Shown piece by piece: positions 49,085 to 64,000 of a stretch of DNA of 64,000 nt (its first letter is position 1; the number at the start of each line of letters is the position of its first letter). The notes beneath the pieces were generated by a model. The model was not told the DNA's origin, did no database searches, and worked only from the letters and a program-made list of their open reading frames with translations. This stretch comes from the human T2T-CHM13v2.0 reference genome, Homo sapiens: the NCBI GenBank assembly GCA_009914755.4, contig CP068257.2:31008001-31072000 (forward strand). The letters run 5' to 3'. The position numbers and the translations under genes are program-made.

Positions 49085-49503
49085 TGACTGATTGATACGG
49101 TTTGGATCTGTGTACCCCCTAAATCTCATTCTGAATTGTAACCCCCAAGGTTGAAGGTGGGGTCTGGTGGGAGGTGACTGAATCATGGGGGTGGAGTTCT
49201 CATGAATGGTTTGGCACTATGCCCCCTTGTATTGTTCTCATACTAGTGAGTGAGTTCTCATGAGATCTGGTTACTTAAAAGTGTGTAGCACCTCGCTCTT
49301 ATCTTTCTTTTGCTCCTGCTCCCACCATGTGAGACTCCTCGCTCCCCTTTTGCCTTTTGCCATGACTGGAAGCTTCCTGAAGCCTCCCCAGAAGCAGATG
49401 CTGCCATTCTTCCTGTACAACCTGCAGAACCATAAGCCAATTAAACTTCTTTCTTCATAAATTACTCAGACTTGGGTATTTCTTTACAGCAATGTGAGAA
49501 TGG
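49085..49503 (+). mobile_element. MaLR-type solitary LTR (THE1/MST-like)
   Basis: Characteristic segments: tgaatcatgggggtggagttctcatgaatgg, ctcatgagatctggttacttaaaagtgtgtagcacctc, cctgcagaaccataagccaattaaacttctttcttcataaattactcagacttgggtatttctttacagcaatgtgagaatggactaata. Confidence 0.65.
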
Positions 49504-50302
49504 ACTAATAAACTGATATATACTGTAAATGTAGTATAATAATATATGATCTGAGTATTATAAGTTATAAATGCTAAACAACTTCAGGGAAAGGAAATCA
49601 TAAGTAAAAGGAAAATCACAAGTCAAAGGAAATCATAAGTAAGTTGCCAGCACTAAAAATGTCATTCTTACTTGTGTAACACCTTATGACAATTCTTATA
49701 ATGCCTCAAACAAATTCATCTTGGTATTTATCTTTTCCATAAAAGGCCTGAGTGCCCAAATGGCAACCTCTCTATGAAGCATCATTATATCTTTGAATCT
49801 CTCATAGCACCTAGCATAAAATAACATACACAGGAAGAACTCAAGTATTTAGTGAAGAGATCTGAGTGGCCACTGAAGGACAATAAATCTTAATTTTGGA
49901 AGTAGAGGATTCCTGCTAGAAAACTGCAAGGCCTGAAGTTGGACAGGCTGAGTAAACCAGATCATAAGGACATAGGTGCCTAGTAAATCTGACACGCATA
50001 ACATATATATCAAAAATAAGAAGACCTGTCGGAGCTAGTAGGAAGCAGGGCCTAGAGGGACAAGACAGAAAACTGTGAGAATCTTCCAGGCTAGAAGAAA
50101 TTATGAAAACCTTAACTCAGAGGATAGTAGTGGGAATAAAAAGAAAGTCCTACTGCCTAGAACAATGCTGAGACTAATGGTAACAGGGCTACTTTTCACT
50201 TGGTCAGGACTGGCTGCTTCATAGCCATTAGAGTAGGATCTTATAAAATAGAAGTTCTTGACTTTGAGTGGTAGAGAACTTGGTTAAAAATGAGGATTCC
50301 TG

Positions 50303-50623
<321 letters not shown>

Positions 50624-50776
50624 TTAGCCAACCAGACCGTATAGGAAGGAAAGCACACAGGAGAAGGAAGGCACAAGGAAGTCCCACTCAAGGAAGATCC
50701 CTCAGTGTAACTACTCAGGACGCAACCTTATTGGATCATCAAAACACTGTAATTCAGAACTTATTAAAATAACACA

Positions 50777-51159
<383 letters not shown>

Positions 51160-51679
51160 CTAAAACAAAAGCATTCACCTCGCATCACATCAGGGTTTCA
51201 GCAATGTTCTTAAAGCAAATACTCCAAACACCCACTGTTGATCATGAAAGCGTAGGAGAAGTGGGGTTCTGTTGGCATTCTCTCCTAAGGGAAATTTAGG
51301 GAAAGATATATCTATTTACGTTATCCCTACAAAGATAAAACAAGTCAAATCGTCTTGACAAGAATTCAAGAATTTTTGCAGAGCAGTAGAAGTGTTAATC
51401 CTTGTTAACTCTTAGACTGTCTTAAATAAAATGTTACTAAAAAGGTTCAAGTAGTCTGTAATTTTTCTCTGCAATAACCAGTCTAAGATGTAAGAGATCC
51501 AGCAGTCAAATAAAGGAAGAAAGATTTTTTTTTCTTTCCCTTTTCTCAATACTATAGGCTGAAGCACCAAACTTACTAGACTATACATACCCAGATCCTA
51601 AAGTAAATATGATATACTTCAAGGACTAATAAATTTTGAATAAAAATAAAATGTCAACAATAGTTAACCCTTACATGGT

Positions 51680-51875
51680 GCTGACTGGGGGCCAGGTGCT
51701 ATTCTAAGTGCTTTTAATTTAATCCTTACAACAACCCTATAAAGTAGGTACTATTAATATTATTCCCATTATACAGATAAGGAAACTGAGACACACAAGG
51801 GTTAAATTATTTGCCCAAGATCACACAGCTAGTAGTGGTAGAGTAAAGATCCCAATTAAGAAGTCTGGTTCCCAA
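51680..51875 (-). mobile_element. MIR SINE (reverse orientation)
   Basis: ttcccattatacagataaggaaactgagacacacaagggttaaattatttgcccaagatcacacagctagtagtggtagag is the reverse complement of the MIR core. Confidence 0.7.
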
Positions 51876-52225
51876 GGCTTTGTTTTATCTACTACATTCT
51901 TCTGCCTAAAGAGACTAAATCATTATATACTAAGATAAGAAGGTAATAAATATGGAATCACATTGCAAATCAATACACTATAAAGACTTCAAAATTTTTA
52001 ACACTAAATACAGCAGCTCAATTTCAATGGCTATTTGAAAGAGCATTAAAAGAAAAAATATCTAAGATAATTCCAGAAACTCTGTACTCGTCTAGACCCT
52101 TATTTGCAAATCCAGCTAACATTATTAGATGGAATAATGGAACCATCAATGAATTAATTAATAAACTATCCAGAAAGTTTAGAAAATATGAAAATTGTTC
52201 AAAAAACAAAAATAACTGAATGTCA

Positions 52226-52318
<93 letters not shown>

Positions 52319-53039
52319 CTACAGAAAAAAAAATAATATGTAAACTATTTCCACAGAAAAGTTGTTACACTTACATTAGAAAAACAAATTTACTAAAATC
52401 TATTGCATACTAGTTACATTTTATGATCTAACTCTCATATACAATTGTCCAAAACAGGCCACTATACAGGTTTGACTTTTTTTTCTGTTAGCGATATTAA
52501 CCAAAAAAATTAGTAAAATTATAAGCATAAGATTCACAACTTTAAAAAATAAATTCCTTTTAAATCTTAATATTTTACATACATATCTTTATATTTCATT
52601 TTGTTTAGCTCTTTATAACCTAATTTGAAGATCTGTGTTGGGCTGGGTTCATGGCCTGAATTTATAATCATATAGTTTCATAGCCAAAAATATCATAATT
52701 TCTGATTTTTAGATGGTACACATATTTGCCATTAAGAGCTGGGTTTAATTTCACTTCACAAAAAAACAAGTTGTCTAACTCTACAGCTGAGGATTTTAAA
52801 ATTCATTAAAATTCAATACCAAAACACACAACACTGACTATGTCATGCTGATTAGTGACATCTTCTTACCTAGATGAAGAGCCACACCAAAATAAGTTTT
52901 TTTTAGGGAAGCCTTTTTTTAAGGCCCATAAGTAACCAAGAACAATCATAAAACATTATAGATGTTAAAATAAGCTCCGAATCAAATAAAAATCTGTTAT
53001 TCTAGTATTTTCTGTGCTTCTCCTATAATAAATTAATTA

Positions 53040-53312
<273 letters not shown>

Positions 53313-53556
53313 TTAGCTTATGGAATACTAAGTAACAAAGTATGACTTTTAAAATAATCTCCTGGAAAATTAATTTAATATTATTAAATTTAAAGGCACA
53401 AACAACAAATCAATTCATTTACATTTACTATGCTAGGGATCAGAAGATAGGGCTATAAAACGAGATCCTTCAACATGTGATCTATGATCCACAGAAAAGG
53501 AGTATTTTTGTGTTTTTAGTATCTGTGGCCCATTTCTGTTATGTCTTTATATATAA

Positions 53557-54158
<602 letters not shown>

Positions 54159-55521
54159 ATGAAGCTCTACTTTTAAGGCTTGACTTTTATAAGGCTCTAT
54201 TTTAATTAATTTAAATTTAAATAGCAAGATGTGGCTAGTGGCTACCACATTAGATAGTGCAGGCATAGGGTTTATCATCGCTCCAAATACTTTTAGCATT
54301 CTAGGTAACAGATGTGGCCTGGTTTCCAAACTTTTTTCAGAGAAACAAATTTTATTCAAACAAACATGCAGAAGCCCAATGATTATGATACAGATAAAAG
54401 CTGCTATGGCTAAAGTGGGGATTGGGACTGAACTTTGCTGGGTTGGCCTTCTCACCCTGATTACCCCTCAGGGATCTCTCCTGGAACCTTAGACCTCCAC
54501 AGAACATATAAAGAAGCTACTAACAATATACCACTAAGGAAAATACATTGTTAAGTGGAAAAACTCTATCAATTTGAAAATGAGTTTTCTATATTATTGA
54601 AGCTTGACTCTTTAGGTTTTAAGTGGAATTCTTCTACTTAAGTGCTCCGTACTCTCTCTCTCTTCCTGTCTTAAATAAGGTATAAAAGATGTAATAGCAT
54701 TATCTTGAAGACTCACAGCAATAGCCCCAACTCCCTGCCAGCCCCTCAGATTACAGGCTGCAACAGAGATAAAAAGGGTGGTCAGCAGTTCTGGAAAACC
54801 AGCTATGACCCCAACCCCTCTTATCCATCCAGGAAATCACACAGGAATATAAATGAGTGATGATATTACAACAGGGATAATGTTAAATCTGATGACCATT
54901 ACTTATTTTAAAAATACACTGACTTAAACTTCCATACTTTACTATTACCCACATTGATCTGAGGCAAAGTTCAAACTGGTTGTGACCCAGTATGTCCAAC
55001 CACCACAGCTGAGACCTACGCCACAGCAAAGTTATAAGAAACTTACTTGTCCTCATTTAAATAGACCTTAAATCCTATGCATTTTGTGCAGGCAGAGTTT
55101 CTCTCTCTGCTGTCAGTTTTCATTTTTCTTTGCTGTCAGTGTGTCACTGTTTTAGCATTTAAATTTATACATGACTTTTGACTGGCAGCAGCTTAGAATT
55201 TCCAATGGAGTAAAGCTATCTGGGCTTTGTCACAGGTATCTGCCACTCTTTGGCTACAAAAATTACATGGTTGTATCCTGGAAAATATTGCTACTAAGTG
55301 CAAGGGTATGCACAATGAATTCCAAAAGTTCCCGTTTTTCTATATAAACTGAAGCTCAAGAATGCCAATCCTTAGCAAAATTGTAAAATGAGCAAAATTC
55401 ACCTTTGGTGCTCTAGCTGTCCCTTTGTTCAACCTGTCTCCTGCTGGACAAATCTCAGGCTTTCTTTTATCTGACTTTGCCCCCATCTCTACTCTTAAGT
55501 GAATTAAAAAAAAAAAAAAAG

Positions 55522-55835
<314 letters not shown>

Positions 55836-57843
55836 TGCCTATTGATTAAACCTAGGCAATATATCTGCATCTGCTTGGACTTCTAATTGTTGTATGAAAG
55901 CTTTTATCTCTCAATCTAAGAAACTTTGGGTAAAAATGAGGAGGGAAAAAAATGTAAGGACAGCTGCAACACATTTACCTTTTCAAGGGACTTCAACATC
56001 TTCTACTAGAAAAAATGTAGTGTTGGCATGGTTTTAACTCTTGGAAGCCTATTTCTCAATGCTTCACAAAAGTACATCCCATCACTGCTAGCTTCTTTGG
56101 GCAGGCAGGAACTCATGTCCATTCATCTGCCCTGTTAGTCCCTGCATCCCCTCTCTCCTTTCCTCTCCCTCATGGTCTCCTCCTCTGCTAAACCCAAGTC
56201 TCTAACACATAATGCTATAAACCCTGTTTTTATTCTGTCCACTCTTCTCCCTGATGCCACCACTCTGGGTCAAAACACTTCCATGTGAGCTACAACGTGA
56301 CCAAGCTGTTGCTCTAAAGTTAAGTTTCTTATCCTAAGTTTGTTGTTGACTTTGAGTCTTCTGACAGCTAGGGCAAATGGGTGACACCCGAATGTGCTAC
56401 TCAAGGACTATATAAGTGACAGTGAAAGTGTGAGAGAGAAAAAGTACACAAGAGGAAACCATCTTGAATCTGAACTGTTAAGGGAGGCCAAGAGCAAAGA
56501 GTCCTGAACTTTGGCCTTATAACATATGTCAATATAATAATACATAATTTGCACATGATATCAAGAGAAAAAGTCAACATCAATGCTGGCTGTAAACAAC
56601 AGAACCACTATACTAGAAATCTGGTCTGCTGCAATAGAACAATGCTAATTATAGTCCCATGTGTTCTGCTCACCATTTGTGCCTACTTAGAATACAGCAC
56701 AGTTATGCATAATCATGAAATACATCACACTTACCTACATAAGTCCTAACTTATTATAGTACTAGATTTTGTCCCAGTATACTACTTCTTCACAATCTGT
56801 TGCTCTTGAATCAAGACCACCTACTTATAACCTTAAAATTTAGAATAATAAGGGAATGTTGGCTTAGAAAGGGAATGCCGCCAGAGACAAGATCTCAAAA
56901 CCAAGAATAGGAAACGTGAGTAACACAGTTTTGTTACAATTAAATTCATTTCTAAATATACACAACTATTTTAAATGTATTTTGGAAATGAAAGTTCAGT
57001 GTAGACTGGGGGGAGCACAGGGGTTTTATGTCACATGCCAACTTCAATAAACCGACATTGGCTGCCTGCCATGCTCTGCTGAGGACTCCAGAGAAGGAAA
57101 GATGGATACACTCAATTAGCAATGTCTATCCCTTGTTATCTCTAGACATAACAACTGCTGAACTTTTTTTCTTTGTAAAGCAAGCAAAAGTTTTATTGAG
57201 GAAGTACAAGTACACTCCAAGAAAGGAGTGGGCTGACCCTGCTGGAAACACCCCCAAGACATTCTGCATTGTGATCTTCTATTGTCTCAGTTCTTTCTTT
57301 ACCCAGTTCTCACCAAGGTTTGGGGGATCCTCCCTTACTGTGCTTAATGCACATGCACGGGAACCAGTGATCAATATGAATCCTATCTAATGGTGGCACT
57401 GCTTATTACCACCACCCCAGGAAGGTATAGCCATCAATTTTGTACTCATTATGCCTGCTCAGCTCTCAGGAATTCCCCTTTGCCTTTTTCCTTCCTTATC
57501 AGGATCTACTTAACAACATTCTGACAGTTCGACCACGGAGTGAGTACTGAGCATCCTAAGAGGAGTTCCGGGGCATTCTTTCCAACACGGATACCACCCC
57601 CTCGTGCCTGCTCATATCTGACTGTCTACTCTTACATTGCTCCCTCAAGGCGTTGGGACCCAGAAATCTTTTGGGAGATGAGGTAGAGGTCATTCTCTGT
57701 AGCTACTTGCTGCTGAAAAGGGGCATCGAGGGTCTTCAGGGTTCTTCCTCCTTTCTTGCTGTCACGGTGAGGAGGTTTTTGATGACTGAACAACTGCTGA
57801 ACATATTATGTCCCAAATCACCAAAAGGGAAAAAATGAACTCA

Positions 57844-58161
<318 letters not shown>

Positions 58162-58379
58162 CTATTCCATTTCTTCTTGCACCTCTATTTTTTAAATCTG
58201 ACATTGTGATTATTTTAAACTTATCATGGATGTGTTGAAATTCACTAGACATTTTAGTTGAAAAAAATCCTTGTTTAAATATATTAAGTATAATAAAGCA
58301 TTTAAACATTAACAGGATAATCTCACACGAAATTGTTCCTGAACTTATTCTGAGGCTAAAAAAACTTTATCGAATAATT

Positions 58380-58694
<315 letters not shown>

Positions 58695-59950
58695 AAAAAC
58701 TTTATCAAATAAAAAAGTATGTGTTACCTTCTCTACTTTTGCTTAATGATTGTCAGAAAATTCAGGTAAGATAATGAATTCACACTCATTTTAACAAGTT
58801 CTTTGTAAATAGTAAAGTTGAAAAAATGGTATACTATTATCAGCTGATGATGTTGATGACAAATGGACAAAAGTCTCTGGTAACAACTTATAAAGCAATT
58901 TGGTTTACAAAAACTTTCACAGAGATTTTTTTCATGTAATTATGACAAAAAGCCTATGAAATTAGTATAAAGTTGAAATTGAGCAATGGTATACTGTGAG
59001 CATGGGCTCTGACACAGGTAGAAGCGGCCCTGAATCTTGGCTCCATTACTTATTACCTGGACCAATTTCAGTATGTAGCATAACGAACCTGAGATATCAT
59101 CTCTTATAAAAAGAGATTAAAGCAAATACCTCATTATACTGTGAGGCTTACCCAGGAGTAATCAGTAAAGCACCTAAGCGCAGTGCTTTATATGTGATAG
59201 ATTCATAACAAATGACAAATCTCCATTTTATAGACCAGTGCTACTCAAAGTATGGTCCATGAACTGTTACCAGCTCACAATGAGAAAGGACACTTACACC
59301 AGAATGGAAATCAACTATATTACTAAGTTCACCCTTTAGTTGAGCTGACTTTTTTTTCTAGTAAGACTTTATCAATGAAGGAAGCCACATGTTGATTTGT
59401 ATCATAGTGCAAGCTCCTTATCTTATCACGGATCAATAACAAAATGATTTATGGACCAGTACCAATGTTGAAGAACACTTTGAGCTGCAAAATTACAGAT
59501 AAACTAGTAACTGCAAAGGTTACTCTGCAGCTCACGGTGACATTACGTGGCGAAAAAAAAAAAAAGGCTCAAGCAGACACTTTCTGAATTCAAAACAGAT
59601 GTCTTTTCCAATACAAACCAAGAAAAATCAGTGTAGTTCTCATGCAGACACTTTTTCCTAAATGCACTGAATCAACAAAAAGGAGAATGTTCTGATTTTC
59701 TCTTTTGACAACTGATACTTATCTCTTCAAGTGGTCAAACCAGAGACTGTCTCCGAACTTCCACTCACATGAGTTTGAGCATGTAGCACGCCTTTTTGGG
59801 CAACAAACATTATCACAATATTAGCTACATTAATGTTTAAAAGATGTTAGCACATGTGTAGCTTAAATATGGAGTCTACAATAATTCATAGCTAGTCCCT
59901 CTCAAATCCTTAGAATTACAAAATAGAAATGAAAAAATGGATGAATTCTA

Positions 59951-60103
<153 letters not shown>

Positions 60104-61729
60104 CTATTTAGCTAAGTATAAATCCAGAGTTTCAATCAAAAGTTTCTAAATCTGATATTCTTAAAATAAATGTACTGCATATTTTCTTAAACTAGTAACA
60201 TTAGTATTCTTCCCAAAGAGTTAATAAATTATTCCAAGACCATCTATTAATTAATCCATCCTGTCCACTGATCTGAACTCTGTCTTCTTACCCTTTTATT
60301 CTTGACAGAATAGTGCTCGACACTTAGAAACTGACAAAACATTTAAATGATAAAAGCTAATGGCAACACTTGACTACACAAATGTAGGGCAAGAATAGGG
60401 AAATCTGATTCTGAAAGGACAAAAGTCTGGTCTTTGCCTTGATTTATTTCTTCTGCTATAAAGTTAACGTTACCTTGTTAATGAATATAAACCACAGAAT
60501 AATTTTCCTAAGACAGGCTATTATGATTATTCTATTGAGAAGAAAAAACAACAAAAAAAAATCAAATCCTGAAACGTTAAAGAAAAAACCTTCCTAGCAC
60601 TTAGCAATTACACATTAAAAATTTCACAAAGAACCAAAGAAATATTAACAACCAGTATTTCAAAGGACAAATACAAATAATACATCCCACAGTCTACAGT
60701 TGATCCTTGAGAAAGATACCTTCCTTTCCTTCCAGGTTTCTTTCCTTCTTTGCTTTTTTCCCTTTTCCATTATCTACACCACACTCAACTCACCTCCTGG
60801 CTGACTGGTTCATACCTTATTTACTTCTTATCTCTTACACTTATCCCCTTTCCTTTATCTACAAAATAGGATGTTTGGCAACACTGACGTGTTCCACGTT
60901 AGAAAATCACGTAAGTAGATACTTATGACTGTCTCATTTCCTGTCCATCTTTATTGCCAACAAAAGGGCTCTTCTCAGCCTACTGCTTTGCCTAATACTC
61001 CTTTGTACTTTGCATTAGAGATCTTCTACTTTGCCTGAAGCTCTTCTCCAGAGTCCTATAGAACATCTCACTTTCCCTGCCTGCTTCACCTCTTTTCAGA
61101 CCACGTAGGCTTAAGCCTTCTTCCTAGTGATCTGGCTTCTGCCTTCTGATGAGTTTTGCTCTGCTAGTTGCAGCACAGGCTAAGACTAACTGACTCAGTC
61201 ACTCAATTAGCTGATATTTTCACGATTCTCTAACATGTTCATTATTAAGTGTGGGCCATTATCAAACCACCCAGTATGAAATTAGGGAGTGGAGATTCGC
61301 CAACCCGTTAAAGTGATGGGGATTTATATTTCATTCTGTATTCCTTGAGTTCCTATTATTATTACATCTTATGTTTATCCAACAGTTGATCCTAACATTC
61401 CATGACAAGCAACCCAAATGTAAAACATTACAATATAAACTTTAATTACATTTTATAAAGCAAAATAGAATTGCCTTCTAAATACTGCCTCGTTAAGAGT
61501 ACCATATGTACTGTAAACATTAGAGAGACTTGTTATACCTCTCAGGACAGAAGGCATGACTTCCAGGATAAATATTATTCTAGAGGTTTACAAGTTATAT
61601 GCCATATACATTTAAAATACAATCACTAATATAGTAATATAGAAAGTACTAGATATATCCATTTCAGCAGCAATCATCATTTGGGTTCAAATGCCAGGAG
61701 GCAGTAGGAGTTAAGAAGAAAATATAGTT

Positions 61730-62012
61730 TTATTTTTATTTTTATTTTTTTTTTTTGAGACAGAGGCTGGAGTTCAGTGGCACAATCACAGCTCAATGCA
61801 GCCTTGACCTCCAGGGCTCAAGTAATCCTCCCACCTCAGCCTCCCAAGGAGCTGGGACTACAGGCATGTGCCACTATGTCCAGCTAATTTTTTTTATTTT
61901 TTATTTTTGTAGAGATACAGTTTCTCTACGTTGCCCAGGCTGGTTGGAAACTCTCGGGCTCAAGCAATCCTCCTGTCTGAGCCTCTCGAAGTGCTAGGAT
62001 TACAGGCATGGG
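61730..62012 (-). mobile_element. Alu SINE (old, AluJ-like)
   Basis: T-rich tail then gagacagaggctggagttcagtggcacaatcacagctcaatgcagccttgacctccagggctcaagtaatcctcccacctcagcctcccaaggagctgggactacaggc. Confidence 0.85.
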
Positions 62013-62874
62013 CAAAAAACATATTCTTAACATTAAGTCACCACCTTCCTTTAGAAAACAGAGAAGTCATTCTATAACTTAAATTACCATGTAACAAAAT
62101 GTTCTCTCTTCTAATAATGCATAATAACTATCTTCTCATTAATTACACTCCAAATACATAAACGTATGTCTCTCAGGACTGATGAAGGCCCATCTATTAG
62201 ACTATCATCTAATTCAAACATGCAAACAAATGCCTTGCAGTTTAGTTATTTACATGTTTGTATTCTATTCGGACACTCAGGAAACAGGATACACACACAC
62301 CCACACACACACCTTAAAGTGCATACTCTTAGAGCCAAAGGTACTTTTAACTCCAGACACTCCAAATTTCTTAAGAGAAAACAGTATCTTCTTCATAAAT
62401 ACATTTGTATCTGAAGGACAGTAGATGTTTCCCTACTTTACGATATATGCTTCAAAGGTTTTGAGTAGACTGGAGGGAGGCCCAGTAATGGCCACTAGGA
62501 GAAGGATGGCCTGTGCAAGCAGCTGAAGCTAGAGGCAGGGGAAAAGGGCGTCCACTTGTGGGAGGGGCCGCCTGGCATGAGTTCCTGAAGTCTGACTAGG
62601 GTGAGGAGAGGACTGTCCACCCATGGGTGTTAGGGGCACCCCGGCATGGTAAGTTAGAGCTTGAGAGGGATGGGAAAGGCAGGGTTTTGAAGTGCCAGTG
62701 GGGTAAGGAGGGCACCTATGCAGTGGAGGAGGCTACACTGGCAATAGGAGAGTGGTTATCTATGGGGTATGATCAAGGATAATGAGAGCCAGGTTTCTCA
62801 CTGTCAGAGAAGGTACTCACAAATGCAAACAGAGAAACTAGAATGGACAGTGTTGATTAGAATTGGAGTTACCA

Positions 62875-63178
<304 letters not shown>

Positions 63179-63685
63179 TTACCAGTGTTTTCTAGATAGA
63201 CTAAAGACAGACAAAAAGATAGAAACATAGATATAAGTATATATGTCATATACATATATAGTTACATATACTCCTTAGCACTAGCCACTGAGCAGACCCA
63301 GGATCTACAATACTCTGACAGCAATGCGCATACCTAGCATACTTTGGCTTCTACATACCATTCTCCACTAAAAGGAACTACTAGCATTCCTTGGAGAAAT
63401 GGTTGATTCCAGGGCAAAGGCAGGGACAAAATGAGCCTAAAACATAGTATTGTGCCAAAAAGTAAGCAAGTGTTCAAAGGATAATTGAGATATGTCACAA
63501 ACATGCAGAAGGCAGCTTGAAGGGGCTTCTACTGGTGAAATCCAGGACAATTTGAGCATCAAAATAAATAATAAGAGTAATGGGTTATAAGCCTATGAAT
63601 TGAAAGTCTCATGAGGAATGGGCAAAACAATTATAAAGGGAAAAAAAGTCTTCCCGACATGCCTAGCAAACCATCACCTTTATCA

Positions 63686-64000
<315 letters not shown>

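Overview
This window is human (or closely related catarrhine) nuclear DNA. I see no sign of a prokaryotic or otherwise novel biological system in it. It is the synaptojanin-1 (SYNJ1) locus, with the gene on the minus strand. Window coordinates 64000 to 1 therefore run 5' to 3' through most of the gene.

I reconstructed 22 consecutive SYNJ1 coding exons, each from an ORF plus AG/GT splice sites, and their codon phases agree across all 21 junctions. They cover the Sac1 domain (including the CX5R(T) catalytic motif), the inositol 5-phosphatase domain (WCGDFNYR signature), the RRM-like domain, and the proline-rich tail. The tail includes the stop-codon exon that separates the 145-kDa and 170-kDa isoforms. 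The first exons and promoter lie beyond 64000. The large terminal exon of the long isoform lies beyond position 1.

The introns are full of repeats:
- About 22 Alu elements, several with clear target-site duplications (one young AluY has a perfect 13-bp TSD).
- Two MIRs, and a MIR-like old repeat.
- A MaLR LTR.
- A hAT-Charlie transposase remnant.
- A 5.4-kb internally deleted HERV-E-type provirus, antisense in a SYNJ1 intron. It has LTRs (about 92% identical by eye), a tRNA-Glu PBS, a 4-bp TSD, and gamma-retroviral pol (RT connection/RNase H, integrase) and env remnants.

Secondary oddities:
- A composite Alu with a duplicated right monomer inside a single TSD.
- Perfect tandem duplications of 111 bp and 42 bp.
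- A 30-bp duplication over the 3' splice-site region of one exon.
- An Alu carrying an internal 27-bp duplication.
- Alu-tail-derived microsatellites.

All coordinates were counted by hand from the printed sequence and may be off by a few bases.
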